A stretch of DNA of 54,835 nucleotides, filler included, from Sphacelaria rigidula (lineage: Eukaryota): the NCBI GenBank assembly GCA_964200075.2. It is 5 parts of 5 records of this genome, joined end to end, with 100 filler letters (N's around TTAATTAATTAA, not from the genome) between each part and the next. Parts side by side here need not be neighbours in the genome. Positions count along the whole stretch, not along the records: positions 21,977 to 32,863 come from CAXNAA020005732.1; positions 32,964 to 43,849 come from CAXNAA020005733.1; 3 more parts are not named here. The stretch is one strand, 5' to 3'. Shown here in pieces: positions 23,352-35,397 of the stretch; the first letter of the stretch is position 1; every line of letters starts with the position of its first letter. The translations under genes and the position numbers were made by a program. The notes beneath the pieces are model-generated. The model made no database searches. It was not told the DNA's origin and was given only the letters and a program-made list of their open reading frames with translations.

Positions 23352-23845
23352 CCGCCAATTCGCGTCCCCTGTACGTCGCAGCTTGTGGTGGCAGAGAGGG
23401 CCACTAACTGAAGGCGCTACCTCACTCAAGTCGCCCCCAGAGGGCTATTCATTGAGTGTTCCCTAATGTGAAAAAAAAACTCCTACGACCGCCGGAGGGG
23501 GGGGATACATGGGGTCTGGAAATTTTGTGTTGGGCACCCTTCGTGCGACTCATTTTTCATAGTACGAACACTAATCTGAAGTAGACATACTCCACCACAT
23601 TCCTCATAACGTGTTTCACTACAAGACAATTGGAGCGGCCCCAGTCCATAACAGAAAGTCCTGGGGCCGCAACCACGACGAAACTGACAATACAATTACT
23701 GCCCACTACTTCATGACACATGTAGGCAGAAAATATGGGATGCATCAGGTACACCCCGTCCAAAGAGGGGGGAGGGGTTGCGGACTGAGAGATATGCCGC
23801 ACTTGATTCCCTCGTGAACTGCGACGACTACGTACGCCGCTGAAA

Positions 23846-24192
23846 GTGCGTGTTGTCGTCCCATCTATTCTGGACGATAGTCTACACCTTCCGGTACATG
23901 TGGGCGCATCAGCCAGGGTCACACAAGAGGAAGGTCACACAGGAGTTTGTGTCTTCTTCATTTTGTTTTAGAACTCCACCTTCCTCCCGCGGTGTGTATC
24001 GTAATATACATCACGAGAGGGATTCAGCAGTCCCTTTCCCTCGTCGACCGTGAAGTCAATTTTTGTGTACCCACGGCACATCGCTCTCCACTGTCGGGCA
24101 CTGTGTGAGAGAAAAAATACCAGATCGTGTGACTGCACCGAGATTCGAACCTACGACCCAACCGTCACAAGGTTTCGTGGTTTACCAACGTG
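23846..24192 (-). mobile_element. tRNA-derived SINE
   Basis: Reverse complement has GTTGGTAA...GGTTGGGTCGTAGGTTCGAATC head and the same body as 22256-22668. Confidence 0.8.
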
Positions 24193-24299
24193 GCAAAGTA
24201 TGATGAGTTGATCAGTCTCGGAAATAAAAGAGGCGTTTTTAACGCGGAACGTCATTCTTGTCTGCGGCGCGCGCGACCGAACGATGGATACACTCAGGA

Positions 24300-24430
24300 C
24301 AACTTACGAAAACCGTAGCAGTTCAAGCGTCATCTGCTGCACCCGAACGCATGTTTGCTGTAGGCAGACTTGTCGCAACCATGAGGCGCAGCCGTCTAAG
24401 CGGGAATCGGGCGGTGGACATTGTGTTCCC
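24300..24430 (+). pseudogene. hAT transposase C-terminal dimerisation domain remnant
   Basis: TVAVQASSAAPERMFAVGRLVATMRRSRLSGNRAVDIVF fits the hAT dimer motif (LAIPASSA.SER.FS.G...T.RR.RLS....LVF). Confidence 0.8.
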
Positions 24431-26717
24431 CGCCACGAGAGCATGGAACAAATCCTCTGGCCGAAGAAGCACTGCTGCGGTACCCCGGAATATGAGCCAC
24501 TGCTGTTCATGTCCACTGGACGATGCTGGGGTGCAGAATGCCTTCAGATACTGGTTGCAGGCTGCAGGGCGCCCGTCCGTAAATAAATCTGGCGTTCTAG
24601 TGTCGTATCTCTGATGGTTTATGGGTAGTAGGTAGGACGGTACAGTGTCCTATTTAGAATTAGTACAGATTCATTAGTCGTACCCGCAAGTAGACACAAA
24701 TCGACATTTATGTGTTTATAACGAGGGATATATCGGTACCATACAAGGAGAACGGTGCAAAGTAGTGCATTCAGTACTAGACGTCTTGCTACTACATATT
24801 ACAGGGAACAACTTTGCTTCACAAGCTACTGATCTTATGACTATGATTATCGAAGATCCACTTGTATAGCAACGAATCACGTATTTTTGGGACCTCGATT
24901 TTGAAAAAAAATGGGGAGACTCGAATTCGTGGGCTTAAAATTGGGGTGACCGATTTATGGTACAGACAGTACAGTATAATATCACAGATTTGTGAAACGA
25001 TTCTGTACACAGACGGTCATTTTCTGCGTGAGTGTGGTACTGCGTACTCGTGCATGAAACCGAAGGGCAGGCAGGCGGTAAACAATCCTTCGAGTGCGGT
25101 GTCGTACCTTGGTTCCTTAGGGTACTACAGTGCAGGGCACTACATCAGTACAGTACAACATGATGATGCCGTGTGGTAGTACATAGTGTCACAGCCGGTA
25201 TTGCGAGAACAGAAAACAAAGAACAAACAGGGCGCGAGCAGAGTTCAGTTGCAGTGCCGTACATCACCCCTCAAGTACAGCGACAACAGCTAGGAGAGTA
25301 CAGTAGCGTTCCTTATAGTGATACATATGGCAGCGCACCGCAGCATAAAATATTACCATCGCCGCAGGGTACGGCGTCAGCATTCATTTTATCCGCTTGT
25401 CAAACCCCGTGCGAAGTTGCTTCGGCAGCTGCGGTGGGCAGTAGGCATTCCCTGTGCTGTCGCGAGACTGTCTTCTGCTGCCGTTGCAAAAATATCAGAC
25501 GCCTCGTACTCTAGGATTGTACCTCGATGCACGTACTTCACTTGAAAAAATCGGGGGAAACCGTTCCGGGATCGTGACTGCCCGATTCCTCAGGGCTCTT
25601 TACGTTACACGTTACACGCTACGTCACAAATGTGACGTACAAAAAATGTATACGTACATCAAGTCACATTTTTGTACGGGTACTTTACGTTACGTCACAT
25701 TTGTGATTTTATTAAAAATTTATACCTTACGTTACGTCACAGTAACGTATTATGAAACGTTTCACGTAACGTGTGACGTATTTGGGAACATTACTGTGAC
25801 GTGTAACATGAAATGAAACGTTACACTTCGAGCGTGTTGAGGGTAAATCAACGCTACGTACGACGTTGTAAGGTTTCATGTACCGCAACTTGGTACGGTG
25901 GCTGCCTTGTTCGAGCATGAGGCGCGTTCTGCTCGCTACGTTGACATGTAAGAATGCTTTTCAGCTAGTGTATCGTTCATGCGTCCCTGACTCACACGTT
26001 GAAATTCCAAAGAAATACATGAGTACACTATTGATGCACGATAATCAGACAGTGAGATACCAACATGCGCGCAGGCCATGATGTACACATACAAACGCAA
26101 GTATGTACAGATCATACGTGAGTGATACCCGGTAGTCGGTTGGCATTTTGTAGGACACCCAAGACATAGCAATCCGATTCTGTATTGTTATATTTGTCTG
26201 CTCTCAGCAGGGCATGTATGCAGAAGATCTATATTCTATACGTATAATACACATGAACTGATGATGCGGTACGAATCCAGCCGCGTTCGCAGGGCGGACA
26301 TCATGAAGGTAGAAACACATACATCATGACTCATTAGAGAGTGTCAGAAACACAAAACCGGCCGGAAAAACTCAGGGTCAGGGTTTAGAGGTTGGGATTT
26401 AAGGCCAGGATATGACGAATTCCCCTAGGTAACCCCGAAAACTGAACCCTGAGAAGAGACATGCACAGCAACTCAGGATTAGTTTTCATTTTTTCAAATA
26501 AACGCTGAGTTGCTTAACACCTCAAAGCGTTGGTGCCACACTCAGGGTTATGAAATGGAACTAGACACTCTGCCCCATAACGACCAAGGTTACAAAACAC
26601 AGCCGTAGGAAAAATATTGTACGTGAGGCGATGGCGGATGCCGTGAACGTCCGCGACAGCGTCGGTGATAGCAATTCGTTCACGAGGGTGACTCAAGACA
26701 AGACTCCGAGGAGCACT

Positions 26718-26983
26718 TGGAGGCGAATGGGGCAGCCGAGACACCAGTCGACCTGGCTTATGATGATGCAAAAGGGCGGGAGTCGGCCGCTCAAGCAGCT
26801 GCTACGAGGACTTGACAAAATGGCCACCCAACGTGAAGCTTGCGTTAGCTCGCGTAGGTACACCACCGTTTTGTGGCCATTCTGTCAAGATCCTCGTAGC
26901 GGCTGCATGAGTGGCCCACTTCAGCCCTTCCACGTCATCTTTAGCCGGGTCGGTAGGTGTCTCTGTTCCCCCGTTCGCCTCCA
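26718..26983. repeat. Imperfect inverted repeat (about 110-bp arms, about 45-bp loop)
   Basis: 26718-26827 aligns with the reverse complement of 26873-26983 with about 22 differences by hand count. Confidence 0.85.
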
Positions 26984-27142
26984 CGCAGCAAGGATTACTG
27001 CGTATAGTGAACCTTTATCGAGAGCTACTGTACTTTTTCAAAGGATGCAAACGCACACACACGGGCATGTGCACATTTTATTACAGACAGTGGTACAGTA
27101 CAGAACACTTACTACAGAAAGTATACAAAATTGTCAACAGAG

Positions 27143-27197
27143 AGTACAGTACAGTACAGTACAGTACAGTACAGTACAGTACAGTACAGTACAGTAC
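27143..27197 (+). repeat. (AGTAC)11 microsatellite
   Basis: Perfect pentanucleotide run. Confidence 0.95.
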
Positions 27198-27344
27198 AGA
27201 ACAGTACAACTCTCAATCACCTCAACTCAATAGTATTGTACGACACACCGACATGTGCAGGCCTTGTGAATGACTAGCGGGCGCCGAGGTGCACTGCCTG
27301 TGTGCCCAGCGCTGTATACTGTGCCGGGTTCGTATCCGGAGGCT

Positions 27345-27570
27345 GTGTTGACGATACTGTCGCCCCATCTATTCTGGACGCCGGTCGACACCTCGCGGTA
27401 TATGTGGGCGCACCAGCCGGGGTCACACAGGAGGAGGGCCAGCACAGGAGTTTTTCCTTTTTTCATTTGTTTTCAGTACTCCACCTTCCGTCTGCGGTGC
27501 TTGCCTTTAAATTTTATCGCGAGAGGGGTTCAGCAGTCCCTTTCCCTCGTCGATCGTCAAGTCGAATATA
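27345..27570 (-). mobile_element. SINE body (5'-truncated)
   Basis: Contains CCCATCTATTCTGGACG...GGGCGCACCAGCC...TTCAGCAGTCCCTTTCCCTCGTCGA as in the other copies. Confidence 0.8.
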
Positions 27571-28842
27571 CTGCTGTCACGTATTCAACGGTACGGGGAC
27601 AACATAAACAACTTTGGTCATGCTAGGATAGGATGGGGGGTATTTTGGGCCGTTGCTTCCACTAAATTGAACTTCGAATCGATTTTAGGAGCAACGACCT
27701 TCAGAACGGGCGTGTTACCGATAAATAACGCTCATCGCTCATCCATACTCCTTGACGCCGTTTTACCCAAATACAAGCGCACGACGAGGATGTCAGATTG
27801 TCCGAAACATCTATGAGTCTTATTTCCCTGGAATCAAACATCCAACCTGTCGTGGCACGACTCTGTACATGCGCTCGCGCGCTGTACGGGTAACACCGCA
27901 TGGGTGGGCGCAGAGTACAAGCGCAGAGAAGCACGGCGCAACTTGTACCTTTTGAACTCATGACACCGATCACGGGGCATTCGGAACAGAAAATACCAAA
28001 CCCTGAAGAGTTGGCAACGGTCCACACCTACGTGGTGAATAAAAACAAGAACAAACCTGGGGTTTAAGCGTAAGCAATCAAATCGTTTCTCGCTGTTATC
28101 CCTGAGTTCTGATTTCCCCCCCGAAACTCTCTTTTGTGCCAAGAATAAAGGCAAAAACTTGCACAAACCCGTTCGAACAGAGACGGACGGCAGAAAAGCA
28201 GAAAAACAAAACAACCCCAACACAAAAAAAACAAAGCAAAATCAACGAAATAAAAACCAAACTACAGAACAGTAGTGTGCAGCCACCGAATTTGTCCACG
28301 AGGTCACAAGCTCGTGTCACCCTCCGCACCTCTTCAAAGGCACAAGATCTCTGATTACTTCGTGGTCCATATTTTGATACTTGTGACACCAGTACGTGAA
28401 ACGGCAAACGGCAACTCAAAATTATGCGTACTATGGTTGGGTGTGGTGTGGCGGTGGATGCTGCCCTGGTGCTGAACTTGCGCTTACATCGCGTGCGTAT
28501 CATGATGACGTATGTACACTCTTCTTGAACCCATGTATCATATCATGCGAGTAGAGTATATGCTAATCTCACACTCATTGTGGTACAAGTTGAGCGTGTG
28601 ACGGTCGTGACGGTCGTGACGTTCATTCAGACGTCACAAACGTACAATAATGTGATGTGTAACGTATAAATATGTTATACGTTACAGAAACGTTTCAAAA
28701 CACGTTACTGCGAGATTTTAAGAAATACGTCACGTCACGTCACGTCACATTTGTGACGTATTGAAAAATTGAACGTTACGTCGCATCACATTTTTTCATC
28801 CGCAAGTTACGTTACGTTACATTTGTGATATTCGAAAAACAT

Positions 28843-29663
28843 TAGGGCTGGCTGCTGACGCAGCCAGTGTACAGCATCCGATCAGTACACTGGTGGCGCG
28901 GCGAAGCCGTCGGCCTCCCCCGGCTGGTGAGAGGGCCCCGCCGGAGGCACTTTCTTACGCGATTTGGCTTCACTAGAGCATAAAAAATGAGTGTTTTTGG
29001 CGATTGTGACAGAGGCACTATTGCCGGGAAAACGATAGAAATTTCGAGGACAACGCCCAAATTTATTGGTTTTTCTTTTCTACATGGGGCAATGTGGCAC
29101 AAATTTTAAACTTCGCAACGCCCTCAAACTCCAGGATCTCCAGGATCGTGGGAGACGTAGTCTGTGCATATGAAAGTGAATGGAACTGTATGTTCCACCA
29201 AACCCCTTACGTTGAGGAGTATTGAAAAAATGCAAGTAACCAAGTAGAAAGCCCTACAAAACCAGCAGTTGGAAGCACAAGGCACAAGGTCACAAGGTGG
29301 TGAGCGGCACTCTTGTTCACTGGATTGGACAACCTCTCGCAAAAAAACAAAGGAACCAACGACACGGCAGCCCTGAAATTAAACCAAGAAGCCAAGAAAA
29401 AAACAAAAACAAAGGGGACACGAACCAGCATAGCATGCTAAAAGAGTACGTTGGAGATAACAATGGTGCCAAAGTTCGTGTGGGGTGTGCTGTGTGCTGT
29501 GTCTCCTTTGAGGCGGCCTGAATAGATGGGTTTCCGCTCGTTTCTTGAGGCGTATTGCGGAATCTACGTAGATGTGGATGTACTGCCGGGGCTGTCTACC
29601 AGTGCATATGCACTGGCAGTACAGATGCACTGGCAGTACGTACTGGATCAGTACCCAACCCTA
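28843..29663. mobile_element. 821-bp non-autonomous hAT element nested in the outer element
   Basis: AAAAACAT|TAGGGCTGG...CCCAACCCTA|AAAAACAT: perfect 8-bp TSD and TAGGG termini. Confidence 0.9.
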
Positions 29664-31774
29664 AAAAACATACGTTACGTTACGTCACAACCTTGTGACG
29701 TACGTTTGTGACGTGTGACGTGTAACGTTAAGAGCCCTGGATTTTTTCGCCCCCAATTTGGTCCAAATCCGTGTCCGTAAAATGCGTTCCTCGATTTTTT
29801 TTCCCCCAATGGTCGAAAAAATCGAGATTCGTGCGCGCCATAAACGTGGGTCTAGCACTGAAACAGGAAGACAGATGCAGTACCCAGAACAGCTGTGGGT
29901 GTAAAACGTGTGCAGTGGATTTATCCATCATGGAACATCAGCTCACCGGGGTCATCTGCTGTTGTGAAGCTCCCGATTTTCTTTCCCACCATTTCACCCC
30001 CTCTCCTTCCTCGGGACGAATCCGGGGTCTCACGGGGATCAAATCATCTTTCCCCAGGTACATGCCTCACGTTTTGGTCTCGCGGGTTGGACCAACTTAG
30101 CATGATAAAATCAAAAAGCCGATTTGGGAAAAATAACGGACTATTACATCAAATCAACCGAATTCATGGGTTAATGTACAACATTCACAGAGAAGATCGA
30201 GAGGGCAGTGATGATATGGCATTTCACTCGAATAACAATCCGGTAACACTGCGCGGAATTTCACCCGAGCAGTCATGGAATCATGTTGTAGGCGGAGGAT
30301 TTGGTTTTGGGACTATTAATTACACTGTAATGCGAGTGGCCAACACTTTACCGAGTATGTTCGGAATTTGACATATTATTTGCGGCAGGATAGCGCAAAT
30401 TATCGAAGGCCAAACTCCCAGATAATCGGACGACGGATCCGGATGCCTTCCTTCGACGGATAGGAAGCCCGACAACACCACCCCCCGAGAGATAACAAGA
30501 ACGCCCTGAAAAATCGGTGCCGGGCAACGGATCGAAACAGAAACATACCCGACGGGGTTTCTTCTCTCCACCCCATCCGGGCACCAGACAACCATAAAAG
30601 GGGGCAACTTTCTCTCATAATTTCAGTACAGGCAACTTACAACAGCAGTTGTATCCGTCATCCCCGAAAATCCTCAACAAAATCTCAACAACACGAACGC
30701 CAACAAACACCACACCACCAACACCACCAGAGAAGCAACGGTAACTTCTACGGCAACAGCAACACCACCCCATACCTTCACCAGTAGACACTTGGGATAG
30801 CTCTACCCCGATGAATATCCCTGCAATCAGTGCCCCAAGCACCAGCGGAGAGATAACCACTCCCCAGAAAAAGGAGCCACGGCTACAGCCCTGGCGAGAG
30901 GTCTTGGCCCCGCTGTACTTACTCCTTCGGGAGGAAGAAAATCTTGCCCTTGACTTTTTATTGTTGGATTGGTATAGTGGTAGAGATGAGGCCATTTTTG
31001 GAGCCACCCCGGCCGTATTTTGCTTGGTACACCGGCAATACGCTGCGCCGGCAAACGGGCAGCCTGTGGCTTTGTGTTCCTTGTAACACTTGTTTTTCCT
31101 CGATATACCAATTCGTTCAGACCCGCGTTCGAAACATATTCATCCGGCTCTCCCAATATGAAATTGAATACAGAAATTTCCCATTACTGCTTCACGGAGG
31201 AGTAAGGTCTACAGTACCCAACTTCAGATGTATTCTCCAACATAGTAACAAGAAATGCTCTTACGTACTACAGAAGTTGCTTTCTGCTGTGTTGGAACTT
31301 GATGCATTGGAAGATCGGTAAGGGCCAACGTTTTTTGGGCCACGTATTGCAGAAGTCTGAGCGTCGGTCGCGGTCGTTGCTGATGTGAGGTTTGCAATCA
31401 CTTGGAAACTCTAAATCTGCGAACTGTATTTTTCTACTGTACTGCAAACGGAGCACTGCAGCAGTAGTGCGCTTATTTATCATTATTATATTATGATAGC
31501 AACACCATTGTGATTGGCACAACCCTTCCGAGCTTTTCCGGCGGTGTCACCAACGGGAACCGTATGAAATTCGTTGGGAAAATATTTGAATTTGTACGAA
31601 CGTTCCTGAGGTTCCCAGAAAAACAGAAAAGCACAGGAGAGAGAAAGAGGCAGAGGGCAAAGTCGCTCAGGAGAACCAAACGGTGCAGTGTGACTGACAA
31701 CTGCATTGCAGTGTGTTTAGTCATTAGATTTCTGCACACCAGGTGGAGAATCACATAACGGAATCGACAACAAC

Positions 31775-31938
31775 ATGGCGTTGACAATACCTGCTCGTTA
31801 CAAACCCGTTACCCAATATATTCGGCGTGCAGAGAAGCTCGACAAGGCGCCTGAACCGGAGGCTCCCGTAGTGGCCTACTACTGCAGGTTGTACGCCGTC
31901 GAGCAGGTCTTTAATCTGTACGACAGGTCGGAAGAAAG
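31775..31938 (+). CDS. VTA1: VTA1/LIP5 (Vps4 cofactor, N-terminal MIT domain), exon 1
   Basis: MALTIPARYKPVTQYIRRAEKLDKAPEPEAPVVAYYCRLYAVEQ matches the Vta1 N-terminal motif (K.I..Y..RA.EL....P.VAYYCRLYA). AACATGG start context; donor AG|GTATGT at 31939. Remaining exons not identified before the contig ends at 32863. Confidence 0.85.
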
Positions 31939-32863
31939 GTATGTTTCATGGCTGCCGGTACGGTACTGTAATGCGCGCTGACAATGAAGAACGCTTCGTG
32001 TTTTGGCGGTCCCACCTACTCGGGTTATCGTGCTTGCGCTTTGAGAACGCTCAATATTTGGGGGAGTTGGGCTGCTGGCACCCACCTCTGATTTCAGTGT
32101 TGCCATGACGGGGACATGCCAATAAATTTGTCCTTTTACTGTCTGTTGTCTGTTCTGTACCATATTGTTCGCTTGCCTGTACTGTAGTGTTGAAGGCACT
32201 ACTGTACTACAGTAATATGTCTGTGTCGGGGCAATTTCATCTATTTCTGCAGGGATGGAGAAAAATTCGACAGTTTATTGAAACTATTCCGAAAAGAAGC
32301 ATGGTCCCCACGCTCCCATTGCACTCGACTTGACCCTTTGACCGCTGGAGCCGTTTACTTACTTTCATCGTCATAATTTTCAATCCCATCTCAAATAAAA
32401 ATGATGTCAATTGCCCAATTGAACAGCTCCGGCTTTGCGAGGGTTAGCTTTTTCGACGCCAGAATAGGCGATCTACTTAATCGGTATCATTTCCCTTATT
32501 ATGCAAGTGTAAATAAATGAAACCGATTCAACATACTGTATCATCTACCCTACGTAGCGGTCAGAGGGCCAGCGTTACATTTACAGGCTTTTGCTTTTTT
32601 CGCGCATTTTCTATTGGACAATGGTCCTGAAAAGGTATACCTTTTCGTTTTTTGCCTAGGAAAGGTACGAAAAATGGGCAGAAACGCGAAAACAGCCAAA
32701 CTCGCCACTTTGACCGTTTTCGCTCCGGAATTTTCACGCACATCGTTCGGGGGGGGGGCATTGGCACCCGGGACTAGAAAAAAAACGGATGAAAAACATG
32801 TTACTCGAGAGATATGGCCACGCGAAAACGGACATTTCGCATTCAGAAACCGCTTACCTTTTG

Positions 32864-32963
32864 NNNNNNNNNNNNNNNNNNNNNNNNNNNNNNNNNNNNN
32901 NNNNNNNTTAATTAATTAANNNNNNNNNNNNNNNNNNNNNNNNNNNNNNNNNNNNNNNNNNNN
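32864..32963. other. Artificial contig linker
   Basis: N/TTAATTAATTAA/N, 100 bp. Confidence 0.98.
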
Positions 32964-33836
32964 CACACACAGTTTTGAGAGCAGAGTTGGGAATGTACTC
33001 ACTTAAAACAAACAGATACATGAGGAAATTGCGCTGGCAATATAGCGTAAAGAACATGCAGAGAAAGAGATTGCCAGCTATAGTCGATAGGGCTGTATGG
33101 AAGAAAAGGACGAAAGGGCGTGCGATAAGGGGGGGTAGAGAATTCGAGAAAGCGTGGAAGGAGGTAGGAGGAAACCAAGACGAAATACTACTCATAGGTG
33201 AAGACGCGGGGTACAAGGTAAAAGTCAGAGATATGGTAGGAAAAAGGGAGAAAGGAGCGCTTATAGACGCAAGGTAGACGAGGAAGAACACCTGGAGATA
33301 TACGGGTGGTCGAGAGAAGGGATCGGGATGAAAACATATCTGCATGGCCCAATGGGCGCTGCGAAAAATGTGAAATTGCGATTTCGGGTGGGGGACCTGG
33401 ACCCGCCAGAAAGAATAAAGAGATATACCAGTCGTCGAAAGGAGGAGGAGGCACTGTAGATGGAGAGAACTGCCTCTGTGGCAAAGGAATAGAGATTAGA
33501 AGTCATATAGTGGCAGAATGTGAACTATACAAGGAGGAACGGGACGAGAGGGGAAAATGCGGGACGTGAACGAAGGTGGGATGTCTAACGTTTGATGCGT
33601 TAGACAGTAGGGAGAAAACGATGGCTATATTAGGAGATAGATGGTGGCCAAAGACGGCGAAACAGGACGGGGATACGATATGTAAAAGGTTTTTGTATAA
33701 TGTATGGAAGAAACGCAATGAGCGCCGGGATGTTGAAGGTGGCTCTATTAGGAGTAGGAACGGTGCTCCGTCTCGAGAGGGATGCATGGTCAATGGTCAA
33801 ACGACTAAGGCAATCAACAAATGAGTACGCCCCCCG
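32964..33836 (+). mobile_element. Non-LTR retrotransposon (LINE) ORF2 C-terminus and 3' end, decayed
   Basis: VLRAELG..L.....RKLRWQ (post-RT region) and CLCGK.IE..SHIVAEC..Y.EER (C-terminal zinc finger). Frameshifted; 3' end shared with 7170-7252. Confidence 0.8.
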
Positions 33837-34105
33837 TACCTCCCTTCGTGTGTGATGACCCATGAGATACAAGAGTAGTGCATTGATGGGTAATTGGTCG
33901 GCAAAAAGGTCATCAAGCATTAAATCAAGTTGCCCATGGGTGCTCGGCGTTGTAGTCGTAGTGAGGGCGACTATAATCCGTGCTGCTACACTATTAGCTC
34001 CCTGCAGAGCGGTACGCACCTCTACGCCATCGCCTCCATCAAATGTCATCTATTCATGTCGTATTGGCTGAGAATACACTACACCGCTTGCCTTAATTTG
34101 GGAGT

Positions 34106-34360
34106 GAGTCATGCTACGATAGGGGAGGGGGGTGTTCGATTCCACGAAAAAAATGGCTCATAGGTGCGTCAGATGACCCCACACACTCGCGATGCGCTTG
34201 TATTTCGGTAAAAGCGATGTCAAACAGTATAAATGAGCGTTATAAATCGGAAGCAAGCGCGTTCGAACTACTGTTGCTGCTATCAACGACGATTGCAAGT
34301 AGAATTTCGTGGAAGAAAGCGGCCCAAAATACCCCCCCCCCCCCTATCGTAGCATGACTC
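34106..34360. mobile_element. 255-bp Sola2-like MITE
   Basis: GAGT|GAGTCATGCTACGATAGGGG...CCCCTATCGTAGCATGACTC|GAGT. Confidence 0.9.
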
Positions 34361-35010
34361 GAGTTTGGAATCCCGGGGCCTCTGCTCGATAGATTGAACA
34401 CGTGTCGGGGAAACACACACGGGTGGCCACTGATGTGTGTTATGGGGACTTGTACGGCTATATGAGCCAGGGTATTTTCGTCACCTGATGTAGGGCGGCA
34501 AAGCCGAGGCTATGGGAGCTTACATGGTGACATTACTAGGAATATATCCATCACCACATCTAAGATCAGAGAAGCCTCTTGGCAATAACGCACTGCAACC
34601 CGAAAATATAGGCACCGCGTTCATGGGTTCGGGGGGTTCTATCATATTTAAGCTGAAATAAGCAATGCTTTGGTTGTCTTCAATTATTCTTGGGGATTCT
34701 TCTTCACGATTTTTTATGTATACACTTGCTCTACTCAAGCCCCATCTGCCGTAGAGAGTTCAATAAGGTTGTACTGTTTTGCATTTGTTGTTTAGGACTG
34801 GTCTGACCTTCATTTTTCTTCGTTGGCTTGCTACAGTACAGCCGAGGATAGCAGTACAGTGCAGAAGAGGAAAATATACAGTATGCGCCGTGCATCGAAA
34901 ATATTTTCTCTAGCACCAAGTCATGAAGCAAACGCAGTATATATCTCCTAGAGGAAGCGGCGCCCTAGTACACGGGTTCGTGTACGCAGGAGAGATAAAC
35001 GTTCACGGTT

Positions 35011-35397
35011 GAGTCATCCTACGATGGGGAGGGGGGGGGGGGGGGGACTGGGTTTCATGTTAAAAAAAGGCTCTTAAATGTGCAAGTCAACCTGCCGCAC
35101 CCGCNNNNNNNNNNGTAATACTGCACTTCTCGGGCTGGCAAGAGCCGGGGGGGGGGGGGTGGGGGTGGTATTTGGATTCATGATAAAAAAAGGCTCATAA
35201 ATCTGCCAGACAACCTGCCGCACTCGCCGTGCGCTTGTATTTGGTTCAAAACTGTGTCTATCGGTATGGATGAGCGTTATTTATCTATAACAAGCTCGTT
35301 CGAGCAACCGTTCCTGCTTTCAACGACGATTCGACTCGGAATTTCGTGCAAGAAATGGTCCAAAATACCCCCTCCCCCCCCTACCGTAGGATGACTC
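35011..35397. mobile_element. Sola2-like MITE spanning a 10-N gap with a duplicated segment
   Basis: GGTT|GAGTCATCCTACG...CGTAGGATGACTC|GGTT; interior similar to 34106-34360. Confidence 0.85.

Larger units (their letters stand above)
25591..29739. mobile_element. About 4.1-kb non-autonomous hAT-like element with ACGT(T/C)AC subterminal repeats
   Basis: CAGGGCTCTT.ACGTTACACGT at the left end and inverted at the right end. Dense ACGTTAC/ACGTCAC repeats at 25600-25830, 28600-28830 and 29672-29730. No clean 8-bp TSD and no transposase seen. Confidence 0.7.

Noticed and set aside
26336-28131. Possible additional nested TIR element (GAGAGT.TC...AACTCAGGG ends)
   Set aside because: The TIR match is short and degenerate and no TSD was found.
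34520-34738. IIEDNQS motif reminiscent of Copia RNase H
   Set aside because: Isolated motif; the flanking KHID/ADxLTK motifs are absent.
35040-35230. Tandem duplication inside a MITE
   Set aside because: Straddles a 10-N gap next to poly-G, so it is likely a scaffolding overlap, though the copies differ slightly.
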